Shown here piece by piece: positions 54,630-62,788 of a stretch of 64,000 bases of DNA. Numbering within the stretch: the stretch's first letter is position 1; every line of letters starts with the position of its first letter. The notes under the pieces are model-generated. The model did not search any database and had not been told where the DNA came from. It saw nothing but the letters and a program-made list of their open reading frames with translations. The translations under genes and the position numbers were made by a program. The stretch spans positions 51,666 to 115,665 of the forward strand of contig CACNQV010000001.1 in assembly GCA_902622665.1 (NCBI GenBank). The letters are read 5' to 3'. Source of the DNA: an uncultured Candidatus Actinomarina sp. Its GTDB lineage: Bacteria; Actinomycetota; Acidimicrobiia; Actinomarinales; Actinomarinaceae.

Positions 54630-56249
54630 CTATATTATGAACTTTCGTACACTTTGTGAATTTTTTTGAGATAGTATTTCTTCTATATCTATATTTTTCA
54701 AAGCTTCTTGAGCATTGAGCAGGGATGAAACTATTGATGGAGCCTGTGATGGAGCTAGGCTAAATATTCTTAAACCCAAAAGATAAAGCATGTAAGCTCC
54801 TTCTGTGTCAGAGGCCATATCACCACAGACTGATACTTCAATATCATTTTGGGAAGCAGTATTTATTATGTTGTGTAATAGCTTTAAAAAAGAAGGGTTT
54901 AGTGCATCATGATATTTTTTTAAAGATGTAATACCTCTATCAGCTGCAAATGAATACTGGAGTAGATCATTAGTTCCAATTGAGAAAAAATCTACCTCAT
55001 CTATATATATTTCTGGGGATATAGCAACTGACGGTGTTTCTACCATAATCCCTATTTTGGGAATTTTGGCATCTAATTTGTCTGCTACAGAAACCACCAC
55101 TTCTTTTGCTTCTTGAAAGTCTTCAAGAGTTGCGACCATAGGAAACATTATTTTTACTTTTTCACAAATATTCGAATTTAAAATTGAAGTAATTTGAGTT
55201 TCAAAAAGTTGTCTGTTTTCTAAAGTAAGCCTTACCCCTCTAACTCCTAAAAATGGATTTTCTTCTTGAGGTAAGTTTAAATAATCAACTTGTTTGTCTC
55301 CTCCTATATCTAATGTTCTATAAACAATAGTTTCCTCAAACTTTTCATTAAGTAGGTTGTTTGAATTAATTAAGCTATCTAATTCAGGTTCTGTTGATTC
55401 TTCTATATAAAGAAATTCTGAACGAAACAAACCTATTGATTTAATTAATGAATCTTCAAAACTTCTAATCTCGTCCGTTGAGCCGATGTTTGCCCTAAGT
55501 TCGACACCCAATTTATTCAAGTTTTCTTCTGTATAGTTTTCAAGCTGTTTGGTTGTAGTTGCTTTATACTCTTCAACAATTTTTAATGAGCTTTCATCAG
55601 GATTAATTGTTAATTCCCCAGTTGAACCATTGATAATAACTTCTACAGCATTGTCTATGTCAAAGTCAGCAATACTAATCCCTAAAATACATGGAATGCC
55701 GTAATTCTTTGCCACAATTACAGCATGAGAAGTTGGACCTCCTTCTTTTACAACAAAACCTTGAACAAGATTTAGATTCATCGATGATGTTTCATTTGGT
55801 GTTAGCTCGTTTGCAAATATAACTTGAGGAACATCTGCATCAAACTGTATAGATATATCTTGGAGAGTAAATATTAATTCTTTTCCTATTGCTTCAATAT
55901 CCTCAGATCTTTGCTGAAAATACTCATCATCCATTTGTTTAAATACTTCAGATTGTTGCAAAAATAGGTCATAAATCTGTTTTAAGTTTGCTTCATTAAA
56001 TTCAGATAAACTATCTATTAATTCGGGATCATTAAGAATTAAGATATATGCTTCTAAAACTTCAGCTTCTATTTCTCGAGATGATGAATTGTATTTCTCA
56101 ATAATTCTTTTATATTTTGCAGTTAGTTCTTTTACTCCTTCATCTAATGAGATAACTGCTTCAATAGAAAAGTCCAGCTCACGTTCTATATTTATTGGCT
56201 TTCCAACATTAACTCCAGGCGATACTCCAGTACCTTGTAAAACTCTCAT
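54630..56249 (-). CDS. ptsI: phosphoenolpyruvate-protein phosphotransferase (PTS Enzyme I)
   Basis: GGPTSHAVIVAKNYGIPC (active-site His), FRSEFLY, LDIGGDK, NPFLGVRG and FFSIGTNDLLQY motifs. 539 aa. Confidence 0.9.
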   Translation of the reverse strand: MRVLQGTGVSPGVNVGKPINIERELDFSIEAVISLDEGVKELTAKYKRIIEKYNSSSREIEAEVLEAYILILNDPELIDSLSEFNEANLKQIYDLFLQQSEVFKQMDDEYFQQRSEDIEAIGKELIFTLQDISIQFDADVPQVIFANELTPNETSSMNLNLVQGFVVKEGGPTSHAVIVAKNYGIPCILGISIADFDIDNAVEVIINGSTGELTINPDESSLKIVEEYKATTTKQLENYTEENLNKLGVELRANIGSTDEIRSFEDSLIKSIGLFRSEFLYIEESTEPELDSLINSNNLLNEKFEETIVYRTLDIGGDKQVDYLNLPQEENPFLGVRGVRLTLENRQLFETQITSILNSNICEKVKIMFPMVATLEDFQEAKEVVVSVADKLDAKIPKIGIMVETPSVAISPEIYIDEVDFFSIGTNDLLQYSFAADRGITSLKKYHDALNPSFLKLLHNIINTASQNDIEVSVCGDMASDTEGAYMLYLLGLRIFSLAPSQAPSIVSSLLNAQEALKNIDIEEILSQKNSQSVRKFII

Positions 56250-56262
56250 AGAATAAAGTTAG

Positions 56263-56274
56263 TTAATTAATTAA
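56263..56274. repeat. TTAATTAATTAA palindromic 12-mer, copy 1 (ptsI divergent promoter region)
   Basis: Read directly from the sequence. Self-complementary. A second identical copy lies 35 nt downstream. Confidence 0.6.
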
Positions 56275-56297
56275 TTATTGCAATAGTTGTAATTTTA

Positions 56298-56309
56298 TTA
56301 ATTAATTAA
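56298..56309. repeat. TTAATTAATTAA palindromic 12-mer, copy 2
   Basis: Read directly from the sequence. Identical to 56263-56274. Confidence 0.6.
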
Positions 56310-56319
56310 TGTTCAAAAT

Positions 56320-56724
56320 ATGGAATATAATTTTTTATTGCTCGAAGACAACAAATTGTCTATCAAGAAAAATGGAACCTTTTTGCAATTAAACCAAGAA
56401 AATTTAGACCATCTCAAAGCAGATTATTCACTGATTTCAACCAATGAAGTTAAAAGCGCTAACCCTTTTTATTCAAAAGTGATTGAACTTCTCAAAGATA
56501 ATAAGGTTGTAATCAGTTTTGAAAAAGTATCTAGTGCGTTAAAAGAATTGGATGACAATAAAATCATAGACCACTTAAGTCGTGAAAATTTTAGAAAAAT
56601 TTCTTTTCCAATTTTTGTTCAGTCTGAATATCTAAAAAACTATTTAAAAGATACTGGTCTACAATTTGAACTCAGTTTATTTTTAGAAAATTCTAATTTT
56701 CAGGAGATTGAACTTGATTCTTAG
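56320..56724 (+). CDS. hypothetical protein
   Basis: 134-aa ORF with no family recognised. Its 3' end overlaps the convergent EamA gene by 32 nt. Confidence 0.4.
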   Translation: MEYNFLLLEDNKLSIKKNGTFLQLNQENLDHLKADYSLISTNEVKSANPFYSKVIELLKDNKVVISFEKVSSALKELDDNKIIDHLSRENFRKISFPIFVQSEYLKNYLKDTGLQFELSLFLENSNFQEIELDS

Positions 56725-57547
56725 TATCAAAAATAACTTGAGTAATTCCAATAAGTATCACAATAACAAAACCAATATACTGAGATATTCTTAACGATTC
56801 ATTTAAAATCATTGCTCCAATAATTACTCCTGTTACAGGTTCAAGATAAGTTATTGTTCCAATAGATATAGGTGGTATAAATTTAATTACATACCAATAA
56901 GTTGTTAATCCAACCCCTGTCAAAAAAAATCCAAGGAACACGCTAACTAATAAATTATCTACCATCCAAGAAAACCCTTCATACGTAAATGGAGATAAAA
57001 TTATTGCTGCAAAAAAGACCTGTACAAATGCAACATTTAGCCCTCCAAATTGGACTGATTTTGAAGATCCATAAATTATTAAGATCGCCAAAGAAATCGC
57101 ACTAACTAGTCCATAAACTACTCCTGAAGCTGATGAGATTGTAGAGAAATCTAAAAGAAGATATAAGCCAAAAAAACCAGTAAATATGAGTGACACTTGT
57201 AGTAGTTTGATATTTTTTCCACGAAAGAATTCAATTATCAAAATAAATATTGGATATGAGAAAACTAATCCAATTCCAACAGCTACTGTATTCAACTCTA
57301 TAGATTTGAACATTGTTGACCAATGTATGGCTAGTAAAGGGCCTAGAAAAATCCCAGAATAAAATAAATCTTTTGTAATCTGCTTTTTCTTAAGAACAAA
57401 AATTAACAAGAAAATAGTCCCAAGAAAAGTTCTTATTCCTACCAAAGACATAGAGCTAACATCAGATGTTCTAATTATTAAGGGAATAGATCCCCAGCAA
57501 ATTGCTAATAAGCTAATAAGGAGATAAGCCCTAAGTTTTTTATTCAA
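56693..57547 (-). CDS. EamA/DMT-superfamily transporter
   Basis: 284 aa with about 10 TM helices in two repeated halves. N-terminal LLAICWGSIPL is typical of EamA domains. Confidence 0.7.
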   Translation of the reverse strand: MNKKLRAYLLISLLAICWGSIPLIIRTSDVSSMSLVGIRTFLGTIFLLIFVLKKKQITKDLFYSGIFLGPLLAIHWSTMFKSIELNTVAVGIGLVFSYPIFILIIEFFRGKNIKLLQVSLIFTGFFGLYLLLDFSTISSASGVVYGLVSAISLAILIIYGSSKSVQFGGLNVAFVQVFFAAIILSPFTYEGFSWMVDNLLVSVFLGFFLTGVGLTTYWYVIKFIPPISIGTITYLEPVTGVIIGAMILNESLRISQYIGFVIVILIGITQVIFDTKNQVQSPEN

Positions 57548-57549
57548 AC

Positions 57550-58908
57550 TTATTGTTGGTCTTGTTTAGCGTAATTACTAAATTGTGTATATTCTTTACT
57601 AAAGAAAAGATCAACTTTTCCAGTTTGTCCAGATCTGTTTTTTACAATATTTACTTCCGCAACACCTGGTCTCTCGGTGCCAGGATTATAATAGTCATCT
57701 CTATAAAGCATCATAACTATGTCTGCATCTTGTTCAATTGCTCCAGATTCTCTTAAATCTCCTAAACGAGGTCTTTTGTCTTCCCTAGCCTCTGCAGCTC
57801 TGTTTAATTGTGAAAGAGCAAATATCGGAACTTTAAGTTCTCTGGCTAAATTTTTTAAATTTCTACTTATTTCAGCAATTTCTTGCTGTCTATTATCACC
57901 TGAAGAACTTTGCATTAGCTGTAGGTAGTCAACAAGTATTAAATCTAGACCTTTGGAGGACTTTAACCTTCTTGATTTTGCGCGTATATCTGTAACTGTA
58001 ATCACAGGAGCATCATCAAAATACAAAGGAAGGCTATTAACTTTCGAAGCTGCCTCTACAACTCTTGACCATTTTTCTGGTCCTAATTGACCTTTTCTTG
58101 CATCTCCAGAAGTAACTTTTGCTTCAGAAAATAAAACTCTTTGAACTAACTCCTCTTTTGTCATTTCAAGAGAGAAAAATGCTGCTATCTTTCCATCTTT
58201 TGCTGCATTAGTTGCAATATTTAAAGCTAATGAAGATTTACCCATACTTGGCCTTGAAGCAAGAACCGCTAAGTTTCCTTCTTGTAGGCCTGAAAGGTAA
58301 TAATCTAAATCTGAAAAATAAGTTGGAAGCCCTGACAATCCAGTACCCCTATTTTCAATTTCTTCAATTCTCTCTATTGCAGATTCAAGAACATCATTTA
58401 CTCCAACTAATCCATCACCAATTGCATCATCAGAGGCTGTAAATATTGTTTGTTCTGCTTCATCCAAAACACTGTGAATTTCTTTATCCATAGCCATGGC
58501 AAGTAGCTCAATTCTTCCGCTAGCTTTTAAAAGTTTTCTTCTGTGTGAGTGTTCTAAAACAATCTCAATATATCTCTCAAAATTTGCAGAACTAGGAACA
58601 TTTTCAACAAGTCTTGCAATATACGAAGCGTTTACAGATGAGTTTTTTGTATCTTTAAAAATTAGTTCAGATACAGTTACAGTGTCTATGGGATTACCTG
58701 TATCAAAAAGTCCTTTCATTGCCTCATATACACTTTGATTTGAAGGACTATAAAAATCTGCTGGCTTTACTTCTTCCATAAGCCTTGTTACAGCATCTCT
58801 TGATAGCAATGCGCTACCTAAAAGAGCTTCTTCTGCTTCTAAGCTATGTGGAGGAACTTTACCTAAAGATTGGTTATCTCTGGATGAAAGTGCCTCAGGA
58901 CCAACCAT
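57550..58908 (-). CDS. dnaB: replicative DNA helicase
   Basis: PPHSLEAEEALLGS, Walker A SRPSMGKSSLALN, VDYLQLM and LSQLNR motifs. 452 aa, no intein. Confidence 0.9.
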   Translation of the reverse strand: MVGPEALSSRDNQSLGKVPPHSLEAEEALLGSALLSRDAVTRLMEEVKPADFYSPSNQSVYEAMKGLFDTGNPIDTVTVSELIFKDTKNSSVNASYIARLVENVPSSANFERYIEIVLEHSHRRKLLKASGRIELLAMAMDKEIHSVLDEAEQTIFTASDDAIGDGLVGVNDVLESAIERIEEIENRGTGLSGLPTYFSDLDYYLSGLQEGNLAVLASRPSMGKSSLALNIATNAAKDGKIAAFFSLEMTKEELVQRVLFSEAKVTSGDARKGQLGPEKWSRVVEAASKVNSLPLYFDDAPVITVTDIRAKSRRLKSSKGLDLILVDYLQLMQSSSGDNRQQEIAEISRNLKNLARELKVPIFALSQLNRAAEAREDKRPRLGDLRESGAIEQDADIVMMLYRDDYYNPGTERPGVAEVNIVKNRSGQTGKVDLFFSKEYTQFSNYAKQDQQ

Positions 58909-59360
58909 TATTTTGTATCTGGAACTATCTCTAAAGTAATATCGAAGCTTGTATCAGGTCCTAAAACTACTTTTACTGTGTGTAAGCCAATTTCTTTTAC
59001 CTGATTTTCGACACTGATTTGGTTTTCTTCAAGTTTATATCCTGAAAATGTCTCAACTGCTTGAGCAATCTGGTCGTTGCTGATTGCTGCGTATAAAGTT
59101 CCTTCATCTGTAGATGTTTGAGAAATTACAATATGTGCATCAGCGAGTGCTGTCACAATCGACTCTGCGAGTTCGGAATTGATTTGAGCTTGTTCTTGTC
59201 TTTTCTCTTGTAGCTTTTGGGCGAACTCAAGATTGTTTGCTGTTGCAACTATTGCTAATTTTTTAGGCAAAAGATAGTTCCTTGCATACCCTTTTGCAAC
59301 ATCAACAACATCTCCTTTTCGTCCCAATGACTGAACATCTGAGTTTAAGATTAACTTCAT
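58908..59360 (-). CDS. rplI: 50S ribosomal protein L9
   Basis: [36 protein letters not shown] is the canonical L9 N-terminus. Confidence 0.9.
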   Translation of the reverse strand: MKLILNSDVQSLGRKGDVVDVAKGYARNYLLPKKLAIVATANNLEFAQKLQEKRQEQAQINSELAESIVTALADAHIVISQTSTDEGTLYAAISNDQIAQAVETFSGYKLEENQISVENQVKEIGLHTVKVVLGPDTSFDITLEIVPDTK

Positions 59361-59638
59361 CTTCTGTTGTAGCTTTGCTTGTATGAACTTGTTGTTACAT
59401 AAGGTAAAAGAGCTAGCTCTCTTGCAACTTTTATTAATCTAGCTACCTTTGCCTGTTCTTGTTTTGTAATACCAGTAATTAAGCTGGATCTAATTTTTCC
59501 ACGATCAGAAATAAACTTTTCTAAAAGTTTTACATCTTTGTAGGTTGCATTTTCGATCTGTTTTTTTGTAATTCTTCTTGGTTTAGGAGCTTCGTATTTT
59601 GAAGATCTTCTACCAGTATTTCTTTTTGTATTTGCCAT
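59357..59638 (-). CDS. rpsR: 30S ribosomal protein S18
   Basis: [17 protein letters not shown]...[26 protein letters not shown]. Confidence 0.9.
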   Translation of the reverse strand: MANTKRNTGRRSSKYEAPKPRRITKKQIENATYKDVKLLEKFISDRGKIRSSLITGITKQEQAKVARLIKVARELALLPYVTTSSYKQSYNRR

Positions 59639-59650
59639 TTTTAAATCTCC

Positions 59651-60076
59651 CTAAAACGGTGCTTCGTCTTCTTCATAATTTTCTCTAGCTACAGGCTCTT
59701 GGCTAGAAGGCATTCCACCGGAGGCTCTTTCGACACTTGCTTTGGCCCATCTTAAGCTTGGTGCAATTTCATCAATTGAAATATCTACTACTGACCTATT
59801 TTGTCCATCTTGTGTTTCCCAAGATCTGTAGTTCAATTTACCTACCACAATAACTCTCATACCTTTTTGAAGAGAAGCTGCAGCATTTTCTGCCATGTCA
59901 TTCCAAACAGTCCCTTGAAAAAACATTGGATCTCCTGGTTCCCATGATCCATCCGCAGTTCTTTTATTTTTATTTTGTGCAATCCTTATTTCCGCTAATG
60001 TTGCACCACCATCAGTCACTCTGATTTCTGGATCAGCAGTTAAGTTTCCAACTATTGTTACTGTATTGTCTACCAT
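59651..60076 (-). CDS. ssb: single-stranded DNA-binding protein
   Basis: TIVGNLTADPE, an OB fold and an acidic C-terminal tip EEDEAPF. Confidence 0.9.
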   Translation of the reverse strand: MVDNTVTIVGNLTADPEIRVTDGGATLAEIRIAQNKNKRTADGSWEPGDPMFFQGTVWNDMAENAAASLQKGMRVIVVGKLNYRSWETQDGQNRSVVDISIDEIAPSLRWAKASVERASGGMPSSQEPVARENYEEDEAPF

Positions 60077-60088
60077 TTTTATCTACCT

Positions 60089-60376
60089 CTAGCTTTCCAT
60101 CTTTAAGACTTTGTGTCTAATGACATCATCAGATATTTTTAGCACTCTATCGAGTTCCGCAGGAACTTCTGAAGGGCTTTCAAAAGTTGTGATTGTATAG
60201 ATGCCTTCTTTGAAAGTATCTATTTCGTAGGCAAGCTTTCTTTTTTGCCATACACCTTGTTCTGAGACATTTCCTCCACCACTAGAAATAACATCTGTTA
60301 TGGATTTGTGTACTGATTCGACGACTGTATCGTCTGCTGTTGGTCTCACTATTGAGACTAAATCATATTTATTCAT
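60089..60376 (-). CDS. rpsF: 30S ribosomal protein S6
   Basis: MNKYDLVSIVRP... and a typical S6 length of 95 aa. GGAG RBS upstream. Confidence 0.9.
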   Translation of the reverse strand: MNKYDLVSIVRPTADDTVVESVHKSITDVISSGGGNVSEQGVWQKRKLAYEIDTFKEGIYTITTFESPSEVPAELDRVLKISDDVIRHKVLKMES

Positions 60377-60402
60377 TTTTCTCCTATGGACACTACTACG
60401 TG

Positions 60403-60416
60403 GCTTCTTTCGAAGC
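60403..60416 (-). promoter_or_regulatory. short GNRA-capped hairpin in the rpsF 5' leader
   Basis: On the mRNA strand this reads GCUUC-GAAA-GAAGC, 27-40 nt upstream of the rpsF start. No following U-run, so it is not an intrinsic terminator. Confidence 0.25.
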
Positions 60417-60447
60417 AGGTACCTATTAATTTAATACTAGAAATAGA

Positions 60448-61311
60448 CTATGACAGAATTTTTTTAATTTCTTTTTTCCACTCTTTAAGAGAGTCATTTA
60501 TGTCATTACCCATGTCATATGAGTAATCATCTGTTGGAAAATCTCTTTTTTCTATTTCGTCTTTATATTTTTTTAATGCTTTCAAAGTAGTCTCGTATTG
60601 CTGATCGTATCTCTTAACGAATTTTGCATCAATGTATTCTTTTGACTTCATTCCTAGTAAATCATGTAAAACAAGAACTTGACCGTCTGTTAAGTTTCCA
60701 GCACCTATACCAATAGTAGGGATATTGATATTCTCAGAAATTGACTGTGCAACAACCGTTGGAACCCCTTCTAAAACCATTGAAAAACAACCAATCTCTT
60801 GAAGAAGTAAAGCGTCTTCAAATAATTGTCTAGCTAACTCTAAAGTTTTACCTTGAACTTTATATCCACCCATAAGATTCTTTGACTGTGGAGTCAAACC
60901 AAGATGACCCATAACAGGTATCTCTGCTTCCAACAAGGCTTGAATTGTTTCTTCTCTTTTTTTACCGCCTTCAATTTTTACAGCATCAGCTTTTCCTTCT
61001 TGAATAAATCTTCCAGCATTCTTTATCGTATCCTCTTTACTGATGTGATAAGACATATAAGGCATGTCAGCAACGACTAAGCTTGAAGGTTTTGCGTTAG
61101 TTACAGCTTTAACATGATGCAACATTTCATCTACTGTAACTGACAGTGTATCATCGTGACCAAGTACAACTTGTGCTAAGGAGTCACCAACCAAAATTAT
61201 ATCTATTTCAGCTTCAGAAACAGCTTTTGCTGATGGGTAATCATACGCCGTCATCATAGAAATAACACGGTTATTTTTTAAATTAGTAATGTAAGGTACT
61301 GTTTTTTTCAT
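60448..61311 (-). CDS. panB: 3-methyl-2-oxobutanoate hydroxymethyltransferase
   Basis: MMTAYDYPSAK, ILVGDSL, ADMPYMSY, VKIEGG, GHLGLTPQS and IGIGAG motifs. Confidence 0.9.
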   Translation of the reverse strand: MKKTVPYITNLKNNRVISMMTAYDYPSAKAVSEAEIDIILVGDSLAQVVLGHDDTLSVTVDEMLHHVKAVTNAKPSSLVVADMPYMSYHISKEDTIKNAGRFIQEGKADAVKIEGGKKREETIQALLEAEIPVMGHLGLTPQSKNLMGGYKVQGKTLELARQLFEDALLLQEIGCFSMVLEGVPTVVAQSISENINIPTIGIGAGNLTDGQVLVLHDLLGMKSKEYIDAKFVKRYDQQYETTLKALKKYKDEIEKRDFPTDDYSYDMGNDINDSLKEWKKEIKKILS

Positions 61312-61457
61312 TTCCTCTCTCCGCTTTAAAAGTCGAAGGATTAATTTAATTATAAAACTTAAAAATTTTTTTAAAAAGCTTTTTTAATTTTTTCAAATTT
61401 CATATGAAGTGTAATATATGTTTACTTAAATTAAACCAATTAATACGAGGAGAAGTA

Positions 61458-62123
61458 GTGAATAAAGACAATATTATCTCAAGTAAAGATTCCAGTGCAT
61501 GGTTGGGTGTGCTTGTTTTTGTTGTTGGTTTATATCTTGCCTGTACTTTAATAGCAAATATCGCATCACTTAGAATTGTGATTTTTGCAGGATTTTCTAT
61601 AGATGCTGGTACATTAATTTACCCTCTTACATTTACTTTAAGAGACCTCATTCACAAGGTGGGTGGAACAAAAACAGCACGAGCTACTATTTTTACTGGA
61701 GCCGGAGTAAATATTTTAATGGTTGTATATTTTTGGTGGGTCTCAACAGCTCCTGCTGATATGGAGGTTGGCCCACAAACAGAATGGTCAACAGTTTTAG
61801 GGCCTCAATGGAGAATTGTGACTGCATCAATTATTGCTATGTTAATTGCAGAGTTAATAGATACTTATGTGTACCAAAGATGGGTAAATAAATTTAAATA
61901 TAAGTATCAATGGGGAAGAGTTTTGTCCTCAAATGCTATTTCGTCCCCTATTGATTCACTAGTATTTTCTTTTATAGCCTTTTATGGGTTAATACCAATT
62001 AGTGTTGTATGGTCAATATTTGCATCTATGGTTGGCATAAAACTAATAAGCTCATTAGTTAGTTTGCCAGCAATATATTTAATTAGACCAAAACTTGAAT
62101 GGACTTTAGAAGGTCAATTTTAA
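61458..62123 (+). CDS. VUT/YhhQ-family (DUF165) queuosine-precursor transporter
   Basis: YPLTFTLRDLIHKVGG and a polytopic profile. Start set at the GTG at 61458, preceded by AGGAGA; the ORF-track ATG at 61404 adds a non-conserved Cys/Leu-rich leader. Confidence 0.7.
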   Translation: MNKDNIISSKDSSAWLGVLVFVVGLYLACTLIANIASLRIVIFAGFSIDAGTLIYPLTFTLRDLIHKVGGTKTARATIFTGAGVNILMVVYFWWVSTAPADMEVGPQTEWSTVLGPQWRIVTASIIAMLIAELIDTYVYQRWVNKFKYKYQWGRVLSSNAISSPIDSLVFSFIAFYGLIPISVVWSIFASMVGIKLISSLVSLPAIYLIRPKLEWTLEGQF

Positions 62124-62185
62124 AAAATAATATAATTTGTTGATAAAATTTATTAATCTTTTCATCGTCGTTTAATATTTAAAAT

Positions 62186-62788
62186 ATGAAAACAGTAAAA
62201 GTTTTATTATTACTATTATTTGTTTCATGTACAACAATAGAAAGTGTAGAAATAGTGGACGATAAATATCAAAAAGCTTATTTTGCTGGTGGTTGTTTTT
62301 GGTGTATGGAACCTCCATTTGAAGCTATTGAGGGAGTTATTGGAGCTACCTCTGGTTATATGGGTGGTACCGTAGAAAATCCTACTTACGAAGAAGTAAC
62401 GACTGGGGAGACAGGTCATGCAGAAGTTGTAGAAATATTGTTTGACCCAGAAGTAGTAACATATGAGGAATTGTTAGAAGTGTTTTGGAGAAACATAGAC
62501 CCAACTGCATTAAATTATCAATTTGCAGATGTTGGTTCCCAATACAGAACTGAGATTTTTACTGTTGACGAAGAACAAAAGAACTTAGCTGAGAAATCAA
62601 AAGTTGAACTAGATGAATCAGGAAAATTTAGTAAACCAATCGTGACTGCAATTTCAGCTGCTCCAGAGTTCTATATTGCTGAAGAGTATCATCAAGATTT
62701 TTATAAAAAACAAAGCATGCGTTATAAAATGTACGCTCAAGCTAGTGGAAGAAAAGGGTTTCTAGAAAAAACTTGGAAAGAAGACTAA
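62186..62788 (+). CDS. msrA: peptide-methionine (S)-S-oxide reductase MsrA with lipoprotein signal peptide
   Basis: MKTVKVLLLLLFVSC lipobox. The catalytic motif is FAGGCFWCME, with GHAEVVEI and YHQDFY further on. Confidence 0.85.
   Translation: MKTVKVLLLLLFVSCTTIESVEIVDDKYQKAYFAGGCFWCMEPPFEAIEGVIGATSGYMGGTVENPTYEEVTTGETGHAEVVEILFDPEVVTYEELLEVFWRNIDPTALNYQFADVGSQYRTEIFTVDEEQKNLAEKSKVELDESGKFSKPIVTAISAAPEFYIAEEYHQDFYKKQSMRYKMYAQASGRKGFLEKTWKED

Noticed and set aside
61312-61457. preQ1 riboswitch upstream of the YhhQ-type queuosine-precursor transporter.
   Set aside because: I could not find a P1 stem plus A-rich tail ending in a CUAAGG-like SD-sequestering segment. The only notable element is the loop-less palindrome AAAAAGCTTTTT (61373-61384). 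A cmsearch would be needed to exclude a divergent aptamer.
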